Source: Akkermansiaceae bacterium
Lineage (GTDB): Bacteria > Verrucomicrobiota > Verrucomicrobiia > Verrucomicrobiales > Akkermansiaceae
Direction: 5' to 3'
Assembly (NCBI GenBank): GCA_051251915.1
Contig: JBPOGF010000002.1
Coordinates: 32,001-96,000, forward strand
Length of the DNA: 64,000 bases
Below, in pieces: positions 10,740 through 20,748 of the stretch. Position 1 is the first letter of the stretch, and every line of letters starts with the position of its first letter. The notes beneath the pieces were generated by a model. The model did not search any database, had not been told where the DNA came from, and worked only from the letters and a program-made list of their open reading frames with translations. Both the position numbers and the translations under genes were made by a program.

Positions 10740-13553
10740 TTACTCGGGTTCGGTTTGGTCTACTTTTCTGCAGTAGAGGTAGCCGATGATGAGCAGGACG
10801 ACTCCGAGGGTGATGAAGGAAACGATGCGTAAGATGGCGTTGAGTTTCCAGACATCGATTCCGTAGACGTGGAGGACTGTGCAACCTAGGATGATGAATG
10901 CCATGGTGCGGAAGGTGATGTCTTTGTTGATGAATCCGAGGCTGAGGATGATGAGGCCTACGACTGCCCAGACGATGGATAGTGCTGAGCCGTCATAGAA
11001 TCTGATGAGGTGGAGTGAGCTGATGCTCCATAGCATGAGACTGGCGAGGACTGCGATTCCGCGCTGTGTGGCTAGGTAGTAGTTTGAGTTTGTGAGGGAT
11101 TGGTGGTTGAGTATGCCCTTGCGGGCGAAGTAGATGGCAAGTGGGAGTAGTGCGATGAAGTTGACGGTGGCTTGGCTGGTGGATAGTATGGTGACTGCTG
11201 AATAGATGCTGGTGGTGTAGAAGATGGTGGAGATGGCGGTGAGGAGTTTATTTTCTTGCTGGTCTAACAGATGGTATACGCAGGCTGTTAGAGCGAGTGT
11301 GAGTTGCCATGGGGCGATGTAGATGATTTGCCAGAGGGCGAGCATGGATGCTGAGGCGATGGTGAGGATAGGTCTGATGGCTTTGAAGTCAGTTAGTGTT
11401 TTTTGTTTGATGAGTATGATGTGGAGCACTGGAATGACGGCGACGATGAGGTGGATGGTGATGTGTGAGCCGAAGTAGTAGCTGATGTGACTAGCTAAAT
11501 GTACGAACCATATGAATGGGTAGACGAGGAAGCCTAGAATGGCGATGAAGCGTAGGTTGTGCTGGATGAGCTTTTGGTAGATGGCGTGATAGGTTAGTGG
11601 GATGAGCGTGCCGATTAGTAGGATGGTGGGTATGCTTTCTGTGGAGATTAGTGTGCTGAGTAGGAGGATAGTGGAGGCTATGAGGTAGATGGTGTATTGG
11701 CGGAGTTTGTTGTCTCGGTGGATGTAGAGGCAGAGATTGATGGCGGTGGCTGTGAACATCATGAGAGTGATGAGGAAGAGGTGTGGCGTGCTTAGGATGG
11801 CGGCATTTTTGATGATGGTGATGACGGCTAGGGCGGTGAAGGCGTGGCTAGCGGTGCAGAAGTCGGGTAGGATATTTTTTCTATTTGATAGTAATTGATA
11901 GAGGGTTAAGGCTAGATTTAGGGTGAGGAGGATGAGTATTTTGTTTAGTTCTGGGATGGGGGCGAAGTTGATGCAGCAGCATGTGGCGATGATGCTGAAG
12001 ATGGTTGGGAGGCCGCTTTGGAGTGGTTTGGTTTCGTCTGAATTTGGGACTCCGAAGTGGGCGATGGTTGAGATGGCTAGGTAGAGTAGAGCCATGATGA
12101 AGTTGGTGAGGGTGAATCCAGCTAGGTCTAGGCTCATGGCTGATATGTAGATGGCGAAACCTAGGAGGAGGGTGAGATAGAATGCTGTGGTGAAGTAGTT
12201 ACGCTGGGGTTCATGGGCACGGCAGGATGCGATGAGGAGGAGGGCTGCCTGGATGGTGAGGGAGAGGGCGAGTGATGGGCCGGTGAGCTTGAGGCAGAGC
12301 GCTAGAGTGATGAGTGCGATGCCTTTCATGATGAAGAGTGAAGAGAGGCTGGAGCGGTGAGCAATGATAGCGACTCTAGGGGTAAGTTTTTCACCGAACT
12401 GGAGGAAGAGGGCTAGTAGGATGAATGCAGTTCCAATTGTTGCTGAGACGGGCCAGAGTGGTTGAAGCCAAGTTTGAGTCTGGAAATTGATGCTCATTAA
12501 GATCACTAGGAATGCGTTGTTGAGGGAGGTGAAGGTGAGGAGTTGTGATTTGTCGAAAGGGTGGTTTTTCTTGGATCGTGGAATGAGAATGGATGCGGTG
12601 GAGAGTATCCAGTAGCCAAGGATGAACCATGAGGCGTATTCGTAATTGGTGGTGCTGTGATTTACGAATACTTGCCAGTAGATGAAGGAGAGGTAGGCGC
12701 CGAGCATGGAGACGAAGCCGATGGATGCGGAGCGGAGTTTGTGGAGTAGGGTGAGGCCTGTTAGGGTTAGAAGCAGTCCTGAGACGAGTGAGAATGCGCC
12801 TACGGGGTTGATGGATGTGCTGTAGTAGGCGAGGGCGATGGAGCAGATGGCGGTGATGTTAGAGCGTTTCCAAAGGGCGTATGTTAGGCAGGCTGCGGCG
12901 CTGGCGGTGAGGAGAATGCCGGCTAGGAGTGGGGAGTCGATGACTTTTAGGCGGTCAATGTGGTGGGCTGCGTAGCTGGTGTAGTAGAGTGTGGCGATGC
13001 CTCCGGCGGCGAGGACTTTGCCGTAGTTTGAGAGGGCGGCTTTGGCTTTTTCGAAGTAGGTCCCTAGACCTAAGAGAAGTGCGGCGAGGAAGTACATGCC
13101 GCCGAGTCGGGCACCAGCTCCCCATTCGATGATGAAGTTTTTGTAGGCGAAATTGCTGAGGAATACGAGTCCGGTGAGGAGGGAGATGATGCCTAGTCTT
13201 ACGAACCAAACCTTGCCGAAATCTTGTTCGATGGTGAGGAAGTCTCGTTTTGTTTTTTTTGATGGTTCTGGGGAAGCTTTAGTTTTGGGAGTAGATATTG
13301 GGGTGGGGTTGGTGTTGGGGTTGGGCTTTGTTGTTTTTTCTGTGACATTTTCTAACAGTGATTTTGTTTCTTCGGCTTTGATGGGTGGTGGGGTTTCTTG
13401 GGGCTTAAATTTAGGTTCTGTTGCTTGGTTATCAGCTTTTAGGTCGTGTCTGAGCTGTTGGATCTCATAGCGGTGATCTTTGATACCTTTTTCAAGATCA
13501 CTTTGTTGTAGTTCCAAGTGCTGAATTCTTTGTTCCATGATCGCGCTATTCAT
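10740..13553 (-). CDS. DUF2339-like polytopic membrane protein
   Basis: N-terminal coiled coil and Pro-rich linker, E..FG..WF.RLG motif, more than 20 TM helices, C-terminal RIVSFITLGVVLL. Confidence 0.75.
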   Translation of the reverse strand: MNSAIMEQRIQHLELQQSDLEKGIKDHRYEIQQLRHDLKADNQATEPKFKPQETPPPIKAEETKSLLENVTEKTTKPNPNTNPTPISTPKTKASPEPSKKTKRDFLTIEQDFGKVWFVRLGIISLLTGLVFLSNFAYKNFIIEWGAGARLGGMYFLAALLLGLGTYFEKAKAALSNYGKVLAAGGIATLYYTSYAAHHIDRLKVIDSPLLAGILLTASAAACLTYALWKRSNITAICSIALAYYSTSINPVGAFSLVSGLLLTLTGLTLLHKLRSASIGFVSMLGAYLSFIYWQVFVNHSTTNYEYASWFILGYWILSTASILIPRSKKNHPFDKSQLLTFTSLNNAFLVILMSINFQTQTWLQPLWPVSATIGTAFILLALFLQFGEKLTPRVAIIAHRSSLSSLFIMKGIALITLALCLKLTGPSLALSLTIQAALLLIASCRAHEPQRNYFTTAFYLTLLLGFAIYISAMSLDLAGFTLTNFIMALLYLAISTIAHFGVPNSDETKPLQSGLPTIFSIIATCCCINFAPIPELNKILILLTLNLALTLYQLLSNRKNILPDFCTASHAFTALAVITIIKNAAILSTPHLFLITLMMFTATAINLCLYIHRDNKLRQYTIYLIASTILLLSTLISTESIPTILLIGTLIPLTYHAIYQKLIQHNLRFIAILGFLVYPFIWFVHLASHISYYFGSHITIHLIVAVIPVLHIILIKQKTLTDFKAIRPILTIASASMLALWQIIYIAPWQLTLALTACVYHLLDQQENKLLTAISTIFYTTSIYSAVTILSTSQATVNFIALLPLAIYFARKGILNHQSLTNSNYYLATQRGIAVLASLMLWSISSLHLIRFYDGSALSIVWAVVGLIILSLGFINKDITFRTMAFIILGCTVLHVYGIDVWKLNAILRIVSFITLGVVLLIIGYLYCRKVDQTEPE

Positions 13554-13669
13554 GGGGGAACCTTAGCATTTACGTAGAGGATTCTTGAAATCGATAAAAT
13601 AGGTGGGAGTATTGAGTGAATCGATGATTGGTTGCTTTAGATTCTAAGATAAAAAAACTTGCGGTTTTG

Positions 13670-13683
13670 TGATCTTTAGAACA
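13670..13683 (+). promoter_or_regulatory. Candidate Verrucomicrobia-type LexA (SOS) box
   Basis: TGATC-TTTA-GAACA, one mismatch to TGTTC-N4-GAACA, 10 nt upstream of the radical SAM ATG and just downstream of a -35-like TTGCGG. Confidence 0.7.
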
Positions 13684-13693
13684 TTGTGTATTT

Positions 13694-15043
13694 ATGAACA
13701 CTCTTCAGAAGTTAGAAGTGCTAGCGGATGCGGCTAAGTATGATGCATCATGTGCTAGTTCAGGTGGAGCGAGGAAGGACTCAGTGAAAGGTAAAGGGGT
13801 GGGCTCTACTGGTGGTGCGGGGATTTGCCATTCTTATGCTCCTGATGGGCGATGTATTTCTCTGCTTAAGGTTTTGCTTACTAATGTGTGTTTATACGAT
13901 TGTCATTATTGCATTAACCGGCGTTCTAGTAATGTGAGGAGAGCGCTATTTACTCCAGAGGAGGTGGTGGAGTTGACGTTGTCGTTTTACAAGAGAAATT
14001 ATATTGAGGGATTATTTCTGAGCTCTGGGATAGTGAGGAGTGCGGACTATACGATGGAAATGGTGATCAGGGTTGCGAAGCTATTGAGGGAAGAGCATCA
14101 TTTTCGTGGATACATACATCTCAAGACTATACCTGAGGCTTCTCCAGAACTGATAGAGGAAGCGGGTAAGTATGCTGATCGATTAAGTATCAATGTGGAG
14201 TTGCCGAAGCAGGAGAGTTTGAAGAAATTAGCTCCTGAGAAGAATTTGGTGCGAACGCGTGATGCTATGCAGACGATAAATAGTCGGATTAGTGAAACGA
14301 TTCAGGCGCGTAAGGAAATGAGGAAGACGAATTCTAGAGCTAAGAAGCCAAGCTTTGCTACGGGGCAGAGTACTCAGATGATAGTGGGAGCTGATGGCTC
14401 TAATGATAGTGATTTTTTGAAGCGATCGGAGGACTTGTATGGGAATTTCAAGCTGAGAAGAGTTTACTATTCAGCGTTTAGTCCAATCCCTGAGCCTTCA
14501 GTGATATTACCCCTTCAGTCTCCCCCGTTGGTGCGCGAGCATCGCTTGTATCAGGCTGACTGGTTATTGAGGTTTTATAAATTTAGTGTGGATGAGCTAA
14601 CGACTTCTGAGTCACCCAATCTAGATTTAGATATTGATCCGAAGCTGTCATGGGCGTTACGGAATAGGTATTTTTTCCCGTTAGATGTGAATACGGCTTC
14701 ACTAGAGATGTTGTATAGAATTCCAGGGTTAGGGGTTAGAAATGCTCAGAGGATAGTGAGGCTAAGAAAGCATCATCGTTTAGGTTTAGAGGATCTAATT
14801 AAGCTACGAGTGAATTTGAAAAAGACGATGTCATTTATGATTTGTAAGGATCATCATCCAGCAAAGATGGAGTTATCTAGTGAGGATATAAGGCTCAGGT
14901 TTGCGCCTCCGCCAAAGCAGATGGAATTAGACTTCTCTGCACTTCCTGCGGGGGATGATGCTGCTGGAGTGGTGGATGGTAAGGAGGCTGGGAAGAAGTT
15001 AACTGAGGAGGCGGGTAAGGAAGCTCAGCACGGTGAATTTTAA
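13694..15043 (+). CDS. Putative DNA modification/repair radical SAM protein (TIGR03916/COG4277-like)
   Basis: KLEVLADAAKYDASC, ICHSYAPDGRCISLLK, CxxxCxxC (CLYDCHYC), REHRLYQADWLLRFY, HhH-like RIPGLGVRNA. Confidence 0.92.
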   Translation: MNTLQKLEVLADAAKYDASCASSGGARKDSVKGKGVGSTGGAGICHSYAPDGRCISLLKVLLTNVCLYDCHYCINRRSSNVRRALFTPEEVVELTLSFYKRNYIEGLFLSSGIVRSADYTMEMVIRVAKLLREEHHFRGYIHLKTIPEASPELIEEAGKYADRLSINVELPKQESLKKLAPEKNLVRTRDAMQTINSRISETIQARKEMRKTNSRAKKPSFATGQSTQMIVGADGSNDSDFLKRSEDLYGNFKLRRVYYSAFSPIPEPSVILPLQSPPLVREHRLYQADWLLRFYKFSVDELTTSESPNLDLDIDPKLSWALRNRYFFPLDVNTASLEMLYRIPGLGVRNAQRIVRLRKHHRLGLEDLIKLRVNLKKTMSFMICKDHHPAKMELSSEDIRLRFAPPPKQMELDFSALPAGDDAAGVVDGKEAGKKLTEEAGKEAQHGEF

Positions 15044-15060
15044 ATGAAAAGGGTGAGAGT

Positions 15061-15978
15061 ATGAGATCTGTAAGAATAGAGCCTAGCTTTAGTAAATGGA
15101 GAGAGAAGGCACGTGAGTTATTGGCAGGTATGGTAGAGCCAGGGCAGGTGATGTGGGGTACTAGTGAGTTGTATCAGGGTGAGGATGAAGATGGAGGGGG
15201 GCAAGGAGGCTTGTTAGATTTTGGTGATGGTGAGGAATCTAAGAATGATATAGCGAGTAATGGAAGTGAGTTGCTTAAAGTTCCGCGTCAGTTTGTGCGT
15301 TTGGCAGAGACTGTGAGTAGTCATCGATCTGGTAAGCAGTGGGCGATGTTGTATGAGGTTTTATGGAAGATGACGTATGGGAATGATCGAGCAATTTTAC
15401 AGAACCAGACAGATGTGACGATGAGGGCGCTAGATAGGATGAGGGCGGCTGTGAGTAGGGATATCCATAAAATGCGTGCTTTTGTTAGGTTTAGAAAGGT
15501 GGATGTTTCTGATGATGAAGAGGAGGGGAGAGAGCAGTTTGTATCATGGTTCGAGCCTGATCATAGGATAGTAAGGCTGAATGCTCCGTTCTTTCGGAAA
15601 CGTTTTGGTGGGATGAATTTTTCTATTCTAACACCAGATGAGTGTATGCACTGGAACGGGGTGGAGGTAAGTTTTACTGAGGGGGTTTCTAAGAATATAG
15701 TTCCGGATGAGGATGAATTAGAAACTTTATGGAAGGGGTATTACCGCAGCATTTTTAACCCTGCACGGGTGAAGATAAAGATGATGCAGTCTGAGATGCC
15801 TAAGAAGTATTGGAAGAATTTACCAGAGGCGGAGATCATTGAAGAATTGATCCGTGATAGTTCTGATAGGGTGCATGGGATGATGGAGGAGGAAAACAGA
15901 GAGCTCAAGCCAAGGCCTAAAAATAAGTATTTAGACTACTTGGATGAGCTCAATGGACTGGATGATGAGACTGAGTGA
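15061..15978 (+). CDS. TIGR03915/DUF4130-family putative DNA metabolism protein, without a fused UDG domain
   Basis: WREKARELL, VSRDIHKMRAFVRFR, WFEPDH, LWKGYYRSIFNPAR, EMPKKYWKNLPEA. Confidence 0.88.
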   Translation: MRSVRIEPSFSKWREKARELLAGMVEPGQVMWGTSELYQGEDEDGGGQGGLLDFGDGEESKNDIASNGSELLKVPRQFVRLAETVSSHRSGKQWAMLYEVLWKMTYGNDRAILQNQTDVTMRALDRMRAAVSRDIHKMRAFVRFRKVDVSDDEEEGREQFVSWFEPDHRIVRLNAPFFRKRFGGMNFSILTPDECMHWNGVEVSFTEGVSKNIVPDEDELETLWKGYYRSIFNPARVKIKMMQSEMPKKYWKNLPEAEIIEELIRDSSDRVHGMMEEENRELKPRPKNKYLDYLDELNGLDDETE

Positions 15979-15987
15979 TTACTACCC

Positions 15988-18567
15988 CTATCTCTTAGCG
16001 TATGCTTCGATTTCGTGGATGGACCAGTGGAGTTTTTTCTTGGACTTGGTAGTGACTCGGAAGTATCTGGCTTTGGTAGGTGGGAATGCGATGGTGGTGA
16101 TGGCGTGTTCTCCTCTGGTGGTTTTTTGTACTTCTGTCCAGCGTCTGCCATCAGTTGAGATTTCTGCTTTGTAGCTATCAGGGTAGTCGTTTACACTTCG
16201 CTTGGTGTCGAATTTTACGGAAGCTAGATTAACGGTGCTTGGGAACTCGATCTGGAACCACATTCCTTCTTCTTGGCGTTTTCCAGTGCTGTAGCGAGTT
16301 TTGTCATTATCATCGATAGCGAGTTTTGCTTCTTTTTCGTTATGACTTGCGGTGACTTTCCATTTTGATTTATCGAGTGGCTGAGGCACTTCTGTTTGGA
16401 GTTCTTTGATGGTCCATGGTTCTTTTCTGCTACGGGTGTCTGCTCTGACTCTGGCGACGTCTTGTTTGGTGACGAAGCTGGCGCGGTTGCCGAGTCCGTG
16501 TCTTACGTAGCTTACGACGTCTGCGATCCATTGATCATCTTGTGAGTCCATGGCTACCATTGGCGCTGTGTAGGTTTCGCCATCGACAGGGCCTTCTAGA
16601 CCGTGGAGGAGGATGTTGATCATATGGTCTCTGTGAGCATTGACTGACTTAGAGCCTGATAGTGGTGGGGCCATGAGGGAGCCTCCGGCATCGACACCTT
16701 TACCATCTTCACCGTGGCAGGCGCCGCAGAGTTGCTGGTAGATTTCGTCACCTCGTTTGTATTGTTTGGCTAGGTTTTTAGATAGACCGGTTTGGTTATC
16801 TTTTGGTTTAGATAGACCTTCTACGGTTTGCTTTACTCCAGCTGATTTAGCGCTTTGTAGGGCGGTGGCTTTAAGTTCATCTAGGTTTTCGAAGCTGAGT
16901 AGATTGGCAGTGAGGATGGCTTGCATTACTACACTTGGGTCGTTGTGCTTGGTCAGGTTAGAGATGGCTTTGGTGAGTATTTCAGCTGAGGAATTTTGTG
17001 CTTTGATGAGGGTTTCTGATACTCTGATACCTGCGCTAACTACTGTAGGGTCTTTATCTGTTAGAACGATGCGGAGGTGGTCTTCACTGAGTGCGCCGAT
17101 TCCTTCTAGCGTCCAGAGCGCGTGGATGCGGGTGAGGTTGTTTTTGTCGGTTAGTAGTGAGGCTAGTTTGTTGGCGACTGATTTATCTCCACGTAGCACG
17201 AGGAATTTCTGGGCTGTGTCTCTCCACCAGCCGTTAGGATGGCTGAGGTATTTGACGAGTTCAGATGAGCTAGCGCCGATCATTTCTGGATTTGGTCCAC
17301 GCTTGAAATCTTTGTGAACGAGTCTGTAGATACGTCCGTGTTGGATGTTTTGATCGAAGCCGTATTTATCGACGATAGATCTGAGGTAGCTCTTTGGTTT
17401 GGTCCAGTTTCCTTGCTGGATGATACCTCGATACATGTCGACGATGTAGAGGGTTCCGTCTGGAGCGGTGACCATGTTTACAGGGCGGAAGTTAGGGTCA
17501 GTGGAGCGGATGAATTCGCTTTTCTCGTGGGGGTTGCTGAGCTGGGTGACGCCGTCGTTTACTTCTACTTTAGATCGGCGGATGAGCCTTCCTACGGGTT
17601 CTGCGAAGAGGAGGTCGCCACGTAGGTCTTCTGGGAGTCTGTCACCGCGGAAAATGTCTTCTCCACATGTTGCTGTGAAGTGGTTGAGAACTTCTCCTTT
17701 ACCGCCTTCAAATGGTTTGAGACGTTTTTGTCCGCCTTGAACATCTGGGATGGGGCAGATGGGGTAGACTTCTTTGTAGTTGCGTTCAGCTTGATCTTTA
17801 AAGTGGGTGGAGGTTCCGTAGACGATGGGGAACTGGTAGTTTACTGGACCTCTTTCACCGCCGGCATTGACGAACCATGGTTTGCCGTAGTTGTCCTGGG
17901 TGAGTCCCCATTGTCCGCCGTTAGAAGCTGTAGGCTCTACGGTGATCATCTTTTCAGGTCCGAATTTGTAGCGAGTGAGGTTGTAGGTGGTGTAGACCCA
18001 GTTGTCTAGTGACCAGATGAGTCCGCTGGGCTGGTGTTCCATGTTACCGCCGCGTTTGCCGCCTACGTAGTAGACTGAATCTTGGTCAGCAACGCCGTCG
18101 TTGTTGGTGTCTTTGTAGAGTGTGAGGTCATGGGTATTGGTGGTGCCAACGACGATGCCGTCTTCTAATGGTAAGACCATGCGGGGGAGTAGAAGGTTGT
18201 CTACGAAGACGCTGTGCTTATCGTATTTTCCGTCGCCATTGGTGTCTTCGTGGCGGGAGATTCTGCTGGTTCTATTATTTTCTCCAGTGGCATCTGCGTC
18301 TTGCATGTAGGTGTTCATTTGGATGACGTACATGCGACCGTTTCCATCAAACACACAGCTTACAGGTTCGGTGATGTTAGGCTCAGAGAGGACAGGTTCT
18401 AGTGAATAGCCGGGAGGGAGTTCGATGCTAGCGATGGTCTCTTCTGGGCTTAGCATTTCGATTTGCTTGTAGAGATCTGGATCGAATGTAGCAGCGGTTT
18501 TTGACTGGGCAAAGAGGGGGGTGCTAACGATACTCCCGAAAATGGCTATTGTTGGTAGAAACTTCAT
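15988..18567 (-). CDS. PVC-type membrane-bound dehydrogenase-like protein with HEAT repeats, cytochrome c and a C-terminal discoidin (F5/8) domain
   Basis: Signal peptide, LPPGYSLE, DTNGDGKYD, FRPV...APDG.LYIVDMYRG, heme motif CGACH, AIDDNDKTRYST...WFQIEF. Confidence 0.82.
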   Translation of the reverse strand: MKFLPTIAIFGSIVSTPLFAQSKTAATFDPDLYKQIEMLSPEETIASIELPPGYSLEPVLSEPNITEPVSCVFDGNGRMYVIQMNTYMQDADATGENNRTSRISRHEDTNGDGKYDKHSVFVDNLLLPRMVLPLEDGIVVGTTNTHDLTLYKDTNNDGVADQDSVYYVGGKRGGNMEHQPSGLIWSLDNWVYTTYNLTRYKFGPEKMITVEPTASNGGQWGLTQDNYGKPWFVNAGGERGPVNYQFPIVYGTSTHFKDQAERNYKEVYPICPIPDVQGGQKRLKPFEGGKGEVLNHFTATCGEDIFRGDRLPEDLRGDLLFAEPVGRLIRRSKVEVNDGVTQLSNPHEKSEFIRSTDPNFRPVNMVTAPDGTLYIVDMYRGIIQQGNWTKPKSYLRSIVDKYGFDQNIQHGRIYRLVHKDFKRGPNPEMIGASSSELVKYLSHPNGWWRDTAQKFLVLRGDKSVANKLASLLTDKNNLTRIHALWTLEGIGALSEDHLRIVLTDKDPTVVSAGIRVSETLIKAQNSSAEILTKAISNLTKHNDPSVVMQAILTANLLSFENLDELKATALQSAKSAGVKQTVEGLSKPKDNQTGLSKNLAKQYKRGDEIYQQLCGACHGEDGKGVDAGGSLMAPPLSGSKSVNAHRDHMINILLHGLEGPVDGETYTAPMVAMDSQDDQWIADVVSYVRHGLGNRASFVTKQDVARVRADTRSRKEPWTIKELQTEVPQPLDKSKWKVTASHNEKEAKLAIDDNDKTRYSTGKRQEEGMWFQIEFPSTVNLASVKFDTKRSVNDYPDSYKAEISTDGRRWTEVQKTTRGEHAITTIAFPPTKARYFRVTTKSKKKLHWSIHEIEAYAKR

Positions 18568-18673
18568 CCTGATAAGATCAACGGGCGGTCTGAAAATTCA
18601 AGAAAAATGATGATTTATTTCAACTGTAATACAGCTTGTGGATCAAGCATTCATGGGGGTTTTGGGACTTTTG

Positions 18674-20146
18674 TTAAGGTCGTTTTAAGCAGCGTCCTCG
18701 GGGTTCATTTCCTTGGTGGAGGACGGTGTCAGAATGGAGGAATTCTGCGGCTTCTGCGGAGTCTTTTACTTTAGATGCACTGCGTTGTAACATTTCTGTT
18801 TCGTACTCGTCTAGTGCTGCTTTTCGGATGCCTTCTGCGCGCCATTGGGTGAATGGTCGGCAACCTTTTGCGATGCTGCGGGCTAGGGATAGAGCGTCTA
18901 GGATGGCTTGGTTAGCACCTTGTCCTTTGAAGGGGCTCATGGGGTGGGCGGCGTCTCCTATGAGGGTTACGTGGGCGGATTGTTGGAGGTGTTCTGGTTC
19001 GAGTTGGGCGCGGTCATAGACTGGGTATCCGGTGATGTGGGTTTCGCTTGTGGCTGCTATTATCTGGGGGATGGGGGCGTGCCATGGTGTTCTACGGAGT
19101 GCTTCTTCTTTGAGGGCTTGAGTTCCTTGGGCGCTGAGTTGCTTGGCTTCGGGTTCTGGCATGGGGAAGCTGAGTTGCCACATGATGGAATCTGATGAGT
19201 AGGGCATCATGTAGATACGTTCGTTGCCGTTAGCGGTTTGGAATACGGTGGCTGAATCTAGTAGTGGGTTTTTGAGGTCTAGTTTGTGGAGTTGATTTAA
19301 AGGGCAGATGCCTAGGATGACGATGCAGCCTAGGTAGCGGAGTGGTGAGGTTTGTTCTGGGATGATGTGTTTTCTGACTGTGCTGCGGATGCCGTCAGCT
19401 CCGACTAGTAGATCTGCTTTTGCTTGTTTTGGTTTGCCGTCGACTTCGAAGTGTAAGTTGACGCCTTTAGGGGTGTCTTTGAATTCTGTTAGTTGGTGGT
19501 TCCATTTTATGCAGTCGTGGCCGTCTAGTTGTTTGAGGAGGGCTTGGCGTAGGGCTTGTCTGGCGATGTGGATGTTGGTTCTTTTTGGTAGGGATTTTTT
19601 ATCTGACTTGCCCCATTTTCTGATGCCCCATTCGCCGATTTCTTTTCCATCGGTGGTGTGGACTACGTGGCGGGTGGAGACGATGCCCTCGGTTAGGGAT
19701 GATATGCCGAGTGCTTGGATGGCTTTGCTGGCTTGTTGGAGTGTGAGTCCGTAGCCTTGGGAGCGGGCGTCGAAGCTGCTGTCTCGCTCGTAGAGGGTGA
19801 AGGGGATGCTGCGGTGAAGGCAGGCGATGGCGAGTGCTACGCCGCCGATTCCGCCGCCGATGATGGCGACGTGTGGGTAGTTTTCTGTGTCGGCTGGGGG
19901 GTGAGTGGGAGAGGGGGAGAGGCCTGTGCCATCGCAGTTTTGGCAAACGTAGAGGTGGCCTTTGGGGCGGATGGGTGGGGGGAGGGTTGGTGTGTTAGAC
20001 TGGGTTTTCTCGAATGTTTCGAGTTCCCTTTGGAAGTTGAGTCGGGCTTTTTTGGTGAGTCTGCGGTGTCTACGTCCGCGGCCTTGGCATTCTGGACATG
20101 TTGTCCACTTGGGGCCTGAATTATTTACCTGATCTACTTTGTCCAC
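18674..20146 (-). CDS. FAD-dependent monooxygenase with an N-terminal CxxCxGxG zinc-finger pair
   Basis: CPECQGRG/CQNCDGTG, IIGGGIGG, LVGADGIRS, LIGDAAHPMSPFKGQGANQAILD. Confidence 0.85.
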   Translation of the reverse strand: MDKVDQVNNSGPKWTTCPECQGRGRRHRRLTKKARLNFQRELETFEKTQSNTPTLPPPIRPKGHLYVCQNCDGTGLSPSPTHPPADTENYPHVAIIGGGIGGVALAIACLHRSIPFTLYERDSSFDARSQGYGLTLQQASKAIQALGISSLTEGIVSTRHVVHTTDGKEIGEWGIRKWGKSDKKSLPKRTNIHIARQALRQALLKQLDGHDCIKWNHQLTEFKDTPKGVNLHFEVDGKPKQAKADLLVGADGIRSTVRKHIIPEQTSPLRYLGCIVILGICPLNQLHKLDLKNPLLDSATVFQTANGNERIYMMPYSSDSIMWQLSFPMPEPEAKQLSAQGTQALKEEALRRTPWHAPIPQIIAATSETHITGYPVYDRAQLEPEHLQQSAHVTLIGDAAHPMSPFKGQGANQAILDALSLARSIAKGCRPFTQWRAEGIRKAALDEYETEMLQRSASKVKDSAEAAEFLHSDTVLHQGNEPRGRCLKRP

Positions 20147-20218
20147 TGGTTCACAGGCTAACCAGAAATTAGTTGGACATCAATCAAAGATGATTGATGT
20201 CGGTTGTTGTTGGTTGAT

Positions 20219-20656
20219 TTAGGCTAATTTTGGTTGCTGGAGGGTGACTGAGATTTGTTTGTAGCGAGTGGATAGGTTGGTGGCGGCTACTGCGATGACT
20301 GCTAGGGCGATGTAGACGAGCATCATTTTTGGTTCAGTTCTGAGGAAGAATTCAGAGAAGAGTGCTCCTGTCATGGCGCCGAGGCTGTAGAGGTTGGTGA
20401 GGGTGAATAGGCGGAGGTATTTTCCTTTATCGAGTGACTTGCTGAGGATGAGTATGGCGTTAACTAAGAATGCGAGTGAGGCGAATCCGATGACGAATCC
20501 GGTGCTGATGCGGAAGAGGGTGGGGTCGATTCCTAGGGGTTTTGCCATTTCTTCGAAGGCGGCGACGGAGATAGGCCAAGCGGCGAATTTTGAGATGGTG
20601 AATCTAACGAGGATGAGTCCGGCGAGGAGGTTGAATAGGCTGAGTAGGTATTTCAT
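20219..20656 (-). CDS. Small 4-TM membrane protein (DoxX-like topology)
   Basis: Four hydrophobic segments; codon style matches the neighbouring genes. Confidence 0.6.
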   Translation of the reverse strand: MKYLLSLFNLLAGLILVRFTISKFAAWPISVAAFEEMAKPLGIDPTLFRISTGFVIGFASLAFLVNAILILSKSLDKGKYLRLFTLTNLYSLGAMTGALFSEFFLRTEPKMMLVYIALAVIAVAATNLSTRYKQISVTLQQPKLA

Positions 20657-20748
20657 AATTATAGTTTTGTGTATTTTGTTGTGTCCCTCTTAGAGATCAA
20701 GTGGGGGAAATTTATTCCGTGAATTACAAAACTATCTTTTATGGGTGA

